Below are positions 47,361-55,998 of a DNA stretch of 57,481 nucleotides, piece after piece. Within the stretch, counting starts at the first letter, position 1; each line of letters begins with the position of its first letter. A model generated the notes under the pieces. That model saw nothing but the letters and a program-made list of their open reading frames with translations. It ran no database searches and had not been told where the DNA came from. The position numbers and the translations under genes are program-made. The stretch is from Candidatus Campbellbacteria bacterium (GTDB lineage: Bacteria > Patescibacteriota > Minisyncoccia > Phycocordibacterales > CSBR16-193): assembly GCA_007117035.1 (NCBI GenBank), contig SKHG01000001.1, positions 1 through 57,481 on the forward strand, given 5' to 3'.

Positions 47361-47729
47361 ATGAAAAAAGACAAAGTAGGTGCAAAAGGAGAGAGAATCG
47401 TAGCTGATTTTTTGAAAAAGAAAGGACACACAGTCTTAGAAATGAACTATACTAAAAAGACAGGTGAGTTGGATTTGATAACCAAAGACCTTAATAGTGT
47501 CCTTCACTTTGTTGAAGTCAAAACTGTTTCGGATGAAAAATTTCTAGAGACGCTACCAGCTGAAGAAAGAATAGATGAACGAAAACGAAGACATATAAGA
47601 AACACAGTTTCAATCTATATGGAAGAAAAAGAACTGAAATGGGAGAACACTTCTTGGTCTTTTGATTTAGTAGTAGTTTCTCTTTTTCCAGAACAAAAAA
47701 TAAGGGTAATCGAAAATATAATTCTGTAG
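47361..47729 (+). CDS. yraN: YraN family nuclease (ATG 47361)
   Basis: GAKGERIV, GELDLI, FVEVKT and FDLVVV motifs. Confidence 0.9.
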   Translation: MKKDKVGAKGERIVADFLKKKGHTVLEMNYTKKTGELDLITKDLNSVLHFVEVKTVSDEKFLETLPAEERIDERKRRHIRNTVSIYMEEKELKWENTSWSFDLVVVSLFPEQKIRVIENIIL

Positions 47730-47775
47730 GTTTTTTGTGAAGAGTATGATAAACTTTTTTTGTTACTACGTTGAA

Positions 47776-47848
47776 CGGGGCGTGGTGTAACGGCTAACAT
47801 ACTCGGTTTGGGACCGAGCGACTCCGGGTTCGAATCCCGGCGCCCCGA
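47776..47848 (+). tRNA. tRNA-Pro(UGG), CCA not encoded
   Basis: CGGGGCG acceptor; CTCGG-TTTGGGA-CCGAG anticodon arm; GGTTCGAATCC T-arm. Confidence 0.95.
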
Positions 47849-47936
47849 CAAAAAGAAGGGTACAAAAGTATCTTTTTAGTTCTTGATTATTTTATAATAA
47901 TCAAGATCAATTATTTTTAACTTAATAATTCTAAAT

Positions 47937-48179
47937 ATGTTAATAATTTATACAAAAAAAGGTTGCCCTTGGTGTGTTGGAGCTCTAAATTTTCTAAAAG
48001 AAAAAGGCCTGAAGTTCGAGGAACGAGAAGTTCTTAGCAGTAAAGAGTTTTATGAAGAGTTGGTTCTAAAATCTGGACAAAGTAAGGCACCAACAGTAGA
48101 TCTAAACGGTGAAATTTTAGCTGACACTGACTCTGAAGCGTTGGAGATATTTTTGAAAAATAAAGGGGAGTTAAAATAG
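47937..48179 (+). CDS. Glutaredoxin-like protein
   Basis: YTKKGCPWC active site; SGQSKAPTV. Confidence 0.9.
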   Translation: MLIIYTKKGCPWCVGALNFLKEKGLKFEEREVLSSKEFYEELVLKSGQSKAPTVDLNGEILADTDSEALEIFLKNKGELK

Positions 48180-48198
48180 GTTTCAGTTCTAAATAGTT

Positions 48199-48597
48199 CT
48201 AAATATTTTCTGTGTATATACGCAGGATTTCTTCTATTACCTCAGTAGGTGAGTATGAAGATTTTACAATAAAACCATGGATGTTTAGTTTTTTAGATAT
48301 GTTTATTATCTGATCGTTGCCTTGGTTGGTCAACATAATAACTATTATATTATCCAGAAGGTTTTCTTCGTGTGCTCTCTTCAAGGTTTCTAAGCCATCC
48401 ATCTTTGGCATAATTATATCGAGCAGGATCATATCTGGCCGAGTTTCTTTACTGAGAAGTTTCTCAATCATTTCCTCACCATTTTTAGAGCAAATAACAT
48501 TGATGTCTTGTTGCTTTAGTTTTTTGGAGTAAATATCCAGCACGAAATCTTCATCATCAACAAGAAACACTGTCTTTGGTTTTTTAGAATTATTCAT
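48199..48597 (-). CDS. Single-domain response regulator (receiver)
   Basis: LVDDE, ILLDIIMPKMDG, MLTN and FIVKS motifs. Confidence 0.92.
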   Translation of the reverse strand: MNNSKKPKTVFLVDDEDFVLDIYSKKLKQQDINVICSKNGEEMIEKLLSKETRPDMILLDIIMPKMDGLETLKRAHEENLLDNIIVIMLTNQGNDQIINISKKLNIHGFIVKSSYSPTEVIEEILRIYTENI

Positions 48598-48732
48598 AAT
48601 TATTTTAGTTACCTCTTATTATTTATAGTACTCCCTTCTTTTATTTTTAAAAGAGAAGTTGTACACAGTTCACTTTTTAAGCAGTGAAGAAATTTAAAGA
48701 GTCTGTTACTATAGTGTTACTAAACAAGAACA

Positions 48733-49038
48733 ATGTTTAAAAGGTTTCAAAGAAATACTGAGGATTTTACCTGTACCCACTGTGGTTTAGAGGTTTTAGG
48801 TGATGGGTATACTAACCACTGCCCAGAATGCTTGTGGAGTCAACATGTGGATGTTAATCCTGGTGACAGAGCGTCTGTTTGTGGGGGATTGATGAGACCA
48901 ATTGGGTTAGAGACACATAAAGGCAAACAGAGGGTGGTTCAAAAATGTGAAGTTTGTGGTTTTTTGAATAGAAACAAGCTGAATTCTAAAGATAATCAAG
49001 AAACAGTCATTAAGTTGTCCACATCTTATACACTTTAA
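48733..49038 (+). CDS. RNHCP-domain zinc-binding protein
   Basis: FTCTHCG, TNHCPECLWSQHVD...PGDRA...CGG and CEVCG motifs. Confidence 0.88.
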   Translation: MFKRFQRNTEDFTCTHCGLEVLGDGYTNHCPECLWSQHVDVNPGDRASVCGGLMRPIGLETHKGKQRVVQKCEVCGFLNRNKLNSKDNQETVIKLSTSYTL

Positions 49039-49135
49039 TCTTTTTGTTCTCTACTCAGACCTGTTAAGCTTAATACTGTGTTGAGGCGCTGGGAAACCGG
49101 CGCCAAAACATTTTATAAGTTAACCAATTTATCCT

Positions 49136-49312
49136 ATGGATGAGAACACAAATCCAAATCCAGCAACTCCAGTAGGAGATGACAACGAAGGACAAGCTAC
49201 ACCAGCAGAGGATGTTGTTGTAGATCTTGAAGGGGGAGACACTGCAGGAGACGCTCCTGCAACTCCTGCTGAAGGTTCTGAGGAGCCTGAGGCTGAAACA
49301 CCAACAGTCTAG
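49136..49312 (+). CDS. 58-aa acidic, Pro/Ala/Thr-rich peptide (not in the ORF track)
   Basis: MDENTNPNPATPVGDDNEGQATPAEDVVVDLEGGDTAGDAPATPAEGSEEPEAETPTV; 5' hairpin 49085-49104 and terminator downstream. Confidence 0.7.
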   Translation: MDENTNPNPATPVGDDNEGQATPAEDVVVDLEGGDTAGDAPATPAEGSEEPEAETPTV

Positions 49313-49328
49313 TAATTGTTGTGTTAAA

Positions 49329-49363
49329 AAACAAAAACACCCGGAGTTCGGGTGTTTTTGTTT
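49329..49363 (+). terminator. Intrinsic terminator
   Basis: AACAAAAACACCCG-GAGTT-CGGGTGTTTTTGTT. Confidence 0.85.
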
Positions 49364-49415
49364 GGATGAATTAAATTTTGTGATAAGATAGATTAGTTCA
49401 TTGATTATGAATTTT

Positions 49416-49486
49416 GCGGGTATAGTTTAGTGGTAGAACGACTGCCTTCCAAGCAGTAGGCGGGGTTTCGATTACCCCTACCCGCA
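49416..49486 (+). tRNA. tRNA-Gly(UCC), CCA not encoded
   Basis: GCGGGTA acceptor; ACTGC-CTTCCAA-GCAGT anticodon arm; GGGGT-TTCGATT-ACCCC T-arm. Confidence 0.93.
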
Positions 49487-49490
49487 CAGT

Positions 49491-49512
49491 AAAATCCCCG
49501 AAAGGGGATTTT
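49491..49512 (+). terminator. Intrinsic terminator after tRNA-Gly
   Basis: AAAATCCCC-GAAA-GGGGATTTT. Confidence 0.85.
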
Positions 49513-49779
49513 CTTATAAAAAACATAAAACACATCCTTTTTAGTTTAAACATCTTGAAATATAATTATTTTATAAAAACCAAAAGTGACAAAACTTCGA
49601 GGTGTGGAGTTTCTAATTAATAGTATGAGGTTTAAAAAGATAAGATAATGTAATGTGATATAGTATATACACACTTTGGTTTTTGAATGTTATCTATAGT
49701 TTTAAAAAGTAGTTTAAAATAACATTTTGAGTTACTAGTTTTGTTGATTAATGGTTAGAAAGTTAATGTTTAATAATAT

Positions 49780-51405
49780 ATGTTAAGAGCAAATGAAATA
49801 CCTGGTGATGTGCCTAAAGATCAAAAAGAAGTATATTTTGATAAAAAGACCAAGCAAGAATCTCTTGCTGATGAAATGTTTCAGGAGTTACCGTTTGCTG
49901 AAGACTCTAAGGAACTCATCGATATAGCCAGAGATTATCTTTCTAGAGTTTCTTTGGTTCAAGAAGAGAGTCAAGATGTTGAAACAGAAGAGTTGCAAAA
50001 GTCTAAAGATCGTATTGAAGAAATTAAAATAACACAAGACACCAGACTAAATCTGGTGGATGAAAGAATCGAGAATCCATTTGCTGATCTTGATAAAGAG
50101 AGTTATGAAGAACTTGAAAGAGTTGGCGTACTTGCTTCAGAGGATGTTGGTACCTGTAGAGAGTTGTCTAAAGTATTGGCTGAATTTGAAAAAAAGTTAG
50201 AAGAGCAGGGGTCTTTAACCTCCGAGCAGAATGAGTACTACTCTCGTTTGCAGGACCTTACTCAAAAATATGATAAATATATTGAGTCTACTTTATTGGA
50301 GAAACAGGCTGAGTTTGAGGAAAAGAGACAGAAAGTGAGAAACAATGTTACCGAGCACTATAAAAAAAGACTTGAAGAGTTGGAAGAAAAGATAAAAAAC
50401 CTTGAGCCTGAAAATCAGGTTGTGGAAAAAACTGAAGATTCGAACCTAAAACAAGAAGAGTTTGAGGAAAAAATTAGACAAGAAAGGGCAGAGATAATAA
50501 AAAGCACCCAAGCAGAGGTTCAGTCTTTGAAAGATAGGCAAGAGAAAGCTCTCGAAGTGATTGAGCGTGTCACAGGATCTAGTGATCCTGAAAGAGATTT
50601 TGTTGATGATCTTTTGGAACTAGAAAAAAACGATAAAAATGATTACAAAGAGGTGGTGGACAATCTTCGTTCAGTTCTTATTCGATCCATAAAGGATGGT
50701 GATAAAGACGCACCGTCTAGTCCTAGAGAAATAATTCCGTGGAAAGGTAATAAGCATACATATCCATATATCACAACGATTAAACATCTAGAAAATGATG
50801 CACTTGTCGCAGAAGCCCTAAAAGATGCAATCTCGGAAGGAGATAAGCACGCTACACAGATTCAGAAAATGCTAGAGAGGGTAATAAATAACAACAAGGT
50901 TTTGTATAAACTTATTGGAAGAGAATGGTCTAAAGCTAAACAAGGAAAGAAATCTCAAAGAGGACAGCTTTATGTTGCTTTTGATTTAAGACAGAAAAGA
51001 GAGTACGAAGAGGCAAGTAAAAAAGAAGCAGAAAGGCGTGAAGAATTAGATACCAAGTATCGTGCTCGTGAAGAAGAGATATCTGCTGTAGCAAACAAAG
51101 AAGGTGGCCTTAGGGTTACTGTGCCTACATTTAAGCCTGTTTTCTCAGCTAAAGAGGGTAGACGGATACTGAAAGAAATTGGTTACAAAGAAGGCGCAGT
51201 TCGGCTTGAGAAATTTAAAACACCTAGAAAGAATACAGAGATGGTTCGTGTTGTTGAGGTTTCTGGAGATTTAAATGATAAAGATATACGAAAAGGTCAA
51301 GTATCTACTCCAGATTTAAGACAGTTCCCACACTGGCTAAATGAACAGTATGGTTTTAAAAGCATACCTTGGTCAGAGGAAGAAGTAGTTTCTAGTAGTA
51401 GTTAA
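49780..51405 (+). CDS. Large charged coiled-coil orphan protein
   Basis: 541-aa open frame, E/K/Q-rich helices, no signal peptide or recognisable catalytic motif. Confidence 0.8.
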   Translation: MLRANEIPGDVPKDQKEVYFDKKTKQESLADEMFQELPFAEDSKELIDIARDYLSRVSLVQEESQDVETEELQKSKDRIEEIKITQDTRLNLVDERIENPFADLDKESYEELERVGVLASEDVGTCRELSKVLAEFEKKLEEQGSLTSEQNEYYSRLQDLTQKYDKYIESTLLEKQAEFEEKRQKVRNNVTEHYKKRLEELEEKIKNLEPENQVVEKTEDSNLKQEEFEEKIRQERAEIIKSTQAEVQSLKDRQEKALEVIERVTGSSDPERDFVDDLLELEKNDKNDYKEVVDNLRSVLIRSIKDGDKDAPSSPREIIPWKGNKHTYPYITTIKHLENDALVAEALKDAISEGDKHATQIQKMLERVINNNKVLYKLIGREWSKAKQGKKSQRGQLYVAFDLRQKREYEEASKKEAERREELDTKYRAREEEISAVANKEGGLRVTVPTFKPVFSAKEGRRILKEIGYKEGAVRLEKFKTPRKNTEMVRVVEVSGDLNDKDIRKGQVSTPDLRQFPHWLNEQYGFKSIPWSEEEVVSSSS

Positions 51406-51510
51406 TTTCTCTAAAAGATAAAACTGATTAACAAAAAATATTTTTGAATAAAGTCTTTTTTGTCTAAGGTTCAATTAGAAATTATTAAAATACTTTGTTC
51501 TGTTATACAC

Positions 51511-51549
51511 AAAACAAAAAACTCGGGTTTATCCGAGTTTTTTGTTTTT
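51511..51549. terminator. Bidirectional terminator (hup / 49780 gene)
   Basis: AAAACAAAAAACTCGG-GTTTAT-CCGAGTTTTTTGTTTT. Confidence 0.85.
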
Positions 51550-51570
51550 CCTCTAGAGAAAAAAGTGAAA

Positions 51571-51843
51571 TTATTTCACTGCGTCTTTTAGACCTTTTGC
51601 TGCTTTGAATTTAGGAACATTCATTGCTGCAACTTGAATAGTCTCACCAGTTCTTGGGTTTCGAGCTTCTCGTGCCTCTCTTCTTCTAACTGAAAAAGTT
51701 CCTAGACCTGAGATTGAAACATCCTCTCCTTGTTTTAGTGTGTCGATAATTGAGTTGATAAATGTCTCAACGATCTCTTGTGAGTCGGTTTTTGTACCTC
51801 CGACTTTTTCGTGGATCTTCTCTACAAGCGCTTGTTTATTCAT
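51571..51843 (-). CDS. hup: DNA-binding protein HU
   Basis: MNKQAL, GLGTF, ARNPRTGE and PKFKAAKGLKDAV motifs. Confidence 0.96.
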   Translation of the reverse strand: MNKQALVEKIHEKVGGTKTDSQEIVETFINSIIDTLKQGEDVSISGLGTFSVRRREAREARNPRTGETIQVAAMNVPKFKAAKGLKDAVK

Positions 51844-52007
51844 AGAAAAATTTTTTTACTTATAATAAGCTGACTCGACCAGTGAATGTCTTACAGATGA
51901 TTATTCATCATCCATATCAGCTCCTAATATTATACCCTAAAGTGATATTTTTCGCTACAACCTAAGGGTTTTAAGCTTAAATATATTTTAGTTCGAGTGT
52001 AGTTTAT

Positions 52008-53543
52008 CTATCGAGCGTAATCAGTAATTCGACTCTCGCGAATCAGAGTAATTTTTATTTCTCCAGGATACTTTAGTTCGTTTTCAATTCTTAACGCAAT
52101 CTGTCGGGCTAGTTTTTTAGCTTCAAGATCTGAACATTTCTCTGGAGTAACGAACACTCTGACTTCACGTCCAGCCTGAATAGCGTAGGACTTTTCAACT
52201 TCAGAGAACGAAGTAGCAATAGTTTCGAGTTCTTTGAGTCTTTTTAGATAGTTTTCGACGGTGTCTCTACGAGCTCCAGGTCGGCTACCAGAGATTGAGT
52301 CTGCCACCTGAACAATAATAGATTCCATTGTTTCGTAAGGATATTCCTCATGATGAGCTTGCATAGCTTTTATAATTTCCTCGCTAGCATTGAATTTTTG
52401 CAGTATTCGACGTCCGATTTCGACATGAGTACCAGCAACCTCGTGATCCATTGCCTTACCGATGTCATGAAGTAGGGCACCTGCTTTGGCTACAGCGACA
52501 TTAGCACCGAGTTCTTCAGCCAACATACCAGCAATGTGTGTCATCTCAATTGAGTGGTTCAAAACATTTTGTCCGTAACTAGTTCGGAAGTACAGTCGAC
52601 CAAGGATTGAGACAAGACGTGGATCTAGGTTGTACACGCCACATTCATAAACAGCCTGCTCACCCTTTTCTTTGATTATTTTGTTTATCTCTTCTTTTGC
52701 TTTTTCAACCATCTCTTCTATCTTTGCTGGTTGGATTCGACCGTCCAAGATTAGGTTTTCAAGAGCAATTCGAGCAATCTGTCTTCTAACTGGGTCAAAT
52801 GATGAGATGGTGATGGCTCCAGGAGTATCATCAACAATTATTTCAACACCAGTAGCCCTTTCAAAAGCCTTTATGTTTCTACCTTCCTTACCAATAACCT
52901 TACCTTTTATTTCGTCAGATGTAATCGAGACTGTGGTGGACATCATATCTGAAGAAACTGAGTTTCCTAGACGATGAATAGCTGTTGTTAGTATCTCTTT
53001 AGCTCGATCCTCAAGTTTTTCTTTTCCAGAGTTCTCGAGTTTTTGCATACGAACCATAATATCTTCCTCGGAAGTCATCTCAATCTGTCGCAGAAGTTCT
53101 TCTTTAGCTTGTCCTTGAGACAAAGAAGCTATTTTTTCTAGAGCTTTAACTTGCTCAGATTTTATTTTATCTGCGTCTAGTCTTACATTTTCAGCCTCTT
53201 CAATCTTACTTTTTATATGATTTTCTTCTTTATCCAAGTCTATCTGTCGCTGATCTAGTAGTTCTTCTTTTCTTATTAAACGAGCCTCGGTCTTTTTACC
53301 CTGCTCTTCTTTTTCTTTTATTTCTTGTCGACTCTCTTCTACTATTTTTTCAGCCTTCTTTTCGGCTTCTTCTGTTAGTCTTTTTGACTCATCTCGAGCC
53401 TCCAAGATCATCTGCTTTATTTTTAACTCAACTGAACCTCTTTTCCCTAAAGAGATTATCCAGCGTAAAAAATATCCGCCAGTAATTCCAACTAGAAAGA
53501 AGGTGCCCAGTAGGAGAATTAGTGTTAGTGTTTGAATTTCCAT
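52008..53543 (-). CDS. rny: Ribonuclease Y
   Basis: N-terminal TM, coiled coil, KH (KGKVIGKEGRNI), HD (LLHDIGK) and SRPGAR. Confidence 0.97.
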   Translation of the reverse strand: MEIQTLTLILLLGTFFLVGITGGYFLRWIISLGKRGSVELKIKQMILEARDESKRLTEEAEKKAEKIVEESRQEIKEKEEQGKKTEARLIRKEELLDQRQIDLDKEENHIKSKIEEAENVRLDADKIKSEQVKALEKIASLSQGQAKEELLRQIEMTSEEDIMVRMQKLENSGKEKLEDRAKEILTTAIHRLGNSVSSDMMSTTVSITSDEIKGKVIGKEGRNIKAFERATGVEIIVDDTPGAITISSFDPVRRQIARIALENLILDGRIQPAKIEEMVEKAKEEINKIIKEKGEQAVYECGVYNLDPRLVSILGRLYFRTSYGQNVLNHSIEMTHIAGMLAEELGANVAVAKAGALLHDIGKAMDHEVAGTHVEIGRRILQKFNASEEIIKAMQAHHEEYPYETMESIIVQVADSISGSRPGARRDTVENYLKRLKELETIATSFSEVEKSYAIQAGREVRVFVTPEKCSDLEAKKLARQIALRIENELKYPGEIKITLIRESRITDYAR

Positions 53544-53573
53544 AATTAAATAATTACTGAGTAGACTTTTTTG

Positions 53574-53690
53574 TGCTCGAGTACATTACCTTTTAGGCAT
53601 AAAAACACATTAAGACAACTCTCAGAAAATCCAGAGATATTTTTCTGACTTTTTGCCTGTTTATAGAGAGGTATGGAATTTATCCAAGCA
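53574..53690 (-). ncRNA. Rod-like structured RNA upstream of rny (6S-like candidate or rny leader)
   Basis: On the - strand: TGCTTG/CGAGCA, CAT/ATG, ACCT/AGGT, a bubble, AGGCA/TGCCT and TCAGAAAAT/ATTTTCTGA nest into one long irregular hairpin. Confidence 0.45.
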
Positions 53691-53694
53691 TTCT

Positions 53695-54273
53695 CTATTT
53701 TGCTGAATAGATTTTGTCTATAATTCCGTATTTAAGCGCTTCTTCTGCACTCATGAAAAAATCTCGGTCTACATCTTTTTCAATCTGCGCTAGAGATTTT
53801 TTAGTGTTTCTGGATAGAATCTTATTCAGTTTGGCCCTAGTGTTTATTATGTGCTTGGCTGTGATCTCGATATCTGAGGCTCTTCCCTCAGCTCCGCCCC
53901 AAGGTTGGTGTATCATTACTTCTGAGTTTGTCAGAGCAAATCGCTTACCCTTGGCTCCTGCCGAAAGAATAATTGCGGCACCTGAAGCTGCAATCCCGAC
54001 ACAAACAGTCGAAACATTGTTTTTTATGTGGTTCATTGTGTCTAGCATTGCTAGTGTTGCTGTGACTGAACCACCTGGTGAGTTTATATATATCTGAATA
54101 TCTTTCTTAGAGTTCTCTGATTCTAAGAAAAGTAGTTGAGCAATTACTAGGTTAGCTGTGTTGTCGTCAATCGGACCACCTAGAAAGATAATATGATCAC
54201 GCAAAAGACGCGAAAATATATCGTATGCTCGCTCACCGAACTGTGATTTTTCTATTACTGTTGGAATTAACAT
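53695..54273 (-). CDS. clpP: ATP-dependent Clp protease proteolytic subunit
   Basis: [28 protein letters not shown] and DRDFFM motifs. Confidence 0.97.
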   Translation of the reverse strand: MLIPTVIEKSQFGERAYDIFSRLLRDHIIFLGGPIDDNTANLVIAQLLFLESENSKKDIQIYINSPGGSVTATLAMLDTMNHIKNNVSTVCVGIAASGAAIILSAGAKGKRFALTNSEVMIHQPWGGAEGRASDIEITAKHIINTRAKLNKILSRNTKKSLAQIEKDVDRDFFMSAEEALKYGIIDKIYSAK

Positions 54274-54374
54274 ACTTAAAACGGAGTTAGTAAACTATAT
54301 CAGAAAGAGAAGTTGAAAACAACGCCTTCCTGTACCAGTCATTAATATCTTTAGACAAAAAAGGCTAAAAAATC

Positions 54375-55451
54375 CTATTTATTAGCCTTTTTTTCATCTA
54401 CACCTTCGGACTCAAGACTTTTCAAGACTTCTTCATTGGCTAGTTGGCTAATAACAAATATTCTAATTTGTTCAGGATTTGCTTTTGGATAGTGTTCCAT
54501 TAAAGTTTTGGTTTGTTCTTCAACAACTGCGTTGTCTGGATCTATGTTTTCTTTCTGAACAATTGCGTTTAGAGTTAATTGCATTTTTGCCCTGTTTTCA
54601 GCTTGAGGACGCCACTCTGTTTTAAGACTTTCTTCTGTTTTTTTAATCTGAGACAGATAATCCTCAAATGATAGACCTGCGTGTGAGACATCGTGTTTTA
54701 GGCGATCAATCATTTTAGCCAACTCTTCTGAGATAATCAGTTCCGGTATTTCCATCTCTGTCTTTTCCATAATTTTCTCAATTATAGATATTCGATGTTT
54801 TTCAATTTCCTGAATCTGTTTTTCTTTTCCGATTCCTTCTTTAATGCTTTTTCTTAGTTCTTCTACTGAAGAATATTCGCCTAAAGTTTTGACTGTCTGA
54901 TCATTAATCTCAAACTTTTCGTCATTGTTTTCTTTAGATTTTGATTGTTTTAGTCTTTCAAAAACCTGATCTATTTCAGAATCCTCAACTTTCACTTCTT
55001 TAGTCCTCGGATTATTTTTTTTGTTCTCAGCCCCTGCGATTTTTTTGTAATCAGGTAGCTTAACTTCAGGAATTAAAGCCACTTTTATTATATATTCTAG
55101 AGGGTTGTCTGGTGCCAGCTTAGTTATACTTACTTCTGGAGAGCCGATTGGGTAAATCTGAAAGTGTCTAATCAACTCAGGATACTCATTTTGTAGGACT
55201 TTTTCAGCCATCTCTTGTAAAAGGGCAATCTGGCCAATGTGTTTTTCAACCATATCATCAGGAACCTGCCCCTTTCTGAAGCCATCAATCTCTAATCCTG
55301 TTTTTAGTTCTTTAATTACTGCAGATTTTTGTTTTAAAAGTTCTTCGTAAGCAATTGAACCGGAGATTACTGCTTCTCCTTTTTCTTTCTTTAGTTCTGG
55401 GTCTTTACTCATAATGTTTTTTTCTTCAGTTTCTTTATTATCTTTTGTCAT
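54375..55451 (-). CDS. tig: Trigger factor lacking most of the FKBP PPIase domain (start 55451 or 55412)
   Basis: IDGFRKGQVP ribosome-binding motif and PEVKLPDYK; short middle region; upstream of clpP. Confidence 0.9.
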   Translation of the reverse strand: MTKDNKETEEKNIMSKDPELKKEKGEAVISGSIAYEELLKQKSAVIKELKTGLEIDGFRKGQVPDDMVEKHIGQIALLQEMAEKVLQNEYPELIRHFQIYPIGSPEVSITKLAPDNPLEYIIKVALIPEVKLPDYKKIAGAENKKNNPRTKEVKVEDSEIDQVFERLKQSKSKENNDEKFEINDQTVKTLGEYSSVEELRKSIKEGIGKEKQIQEIEKHRISIIEKIMEKTEMEIPELIISEELAKMIDRLKHDVSHAGLSFEDYLSQIKKTEESLKTEWRPQAENRAKMQLTLNAIVQKENIDPDNAVVEEQTKTLMEHYPKANPEQIRIFVISQLANEEVLKSLESEGVDEKKANK

Positions 55452-55581
55452 AGTCTTGCAGTTTAACTTTTTTTGTTTCATGTGGCAACACAAAAAATAT
55501 CTCTTTTTATTAATCTAGATGGTAAAACCAACAGGATTTCAGGTCTGATGGTCATAAAGACGATATGTTTTAAACATTTCG

Positions 55582-55854
55582 TTAGTATTGGGAAACATCA
55601 TCCACCTCTCGTTCGATTTCTTCTGGGTCAATCTCTTCTAACTCTATTTCAATTTCACTTACTTCACCTTCATTTGTAGGTTCACTTTTTTGTTGATTAA
55701 AAAAGTACACACCACCTACTATAAGCACTATTATTATTAAGATAATACCGATTATGGGACCAGCTGGTTTGTATTCACCACTATCTTCAAATCCAGATTC
55801 TGTTGGTTCAATGTTATCTGTACTGTTTTCAGGCTTGTTTTGTTTCTCGTTCAT
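55582..55854 (-). CDS. Small acidic single-pass membrane protein
   Basis: GPIIGIILIIIVLIVGGVYF TM flanked by acidic segments. Confidence 0.75.
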   Translation of the reverse strand: MNEKQNKPENSTDNIEPTESGFEDSGEYKPAGPIIGIILIIIVLIVGGVYFFNQQKSEPTNEGEVSEIEIELEEIDPEEIEREVDDVSQY

Positions 55855-55998
55855 AATTTATTAGGTTAGTTGATAATATTATTAATAAAAAACCATAGTT
55901 CTTGGTCATATAATAACCTATTTTCTCAGTTTTGTGATATATAACAAACACACAAGTCGTTTACTTGTTCTTTTGTAAGAGATTTACTCTCTTAATTT

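Noticed and set aside
46336-47851. ORFs 46336-46686 and 47615-47851
   Set aside because: They run through tRNA-Arg and tRNA-Pro and overlap cca and yraN; these are tRNA-translation artefacts.
55474-55490. TGTTTCATGTGGCAACA as an eighth parS site
   Set aside because: The right arm is degenerate and shifted by one base; too weak to call.
477-55679. Many 60-160 aa ORFs antisense or out of frame to long genes (e.g. 477-719, 26624-26944, 42128-42622, 52672-52977, 53714-54097)
   Set aside because: Shadow ORFs inside well-supported genes, with Ser/Phe/Ile-rich composition typical of antisense frames.
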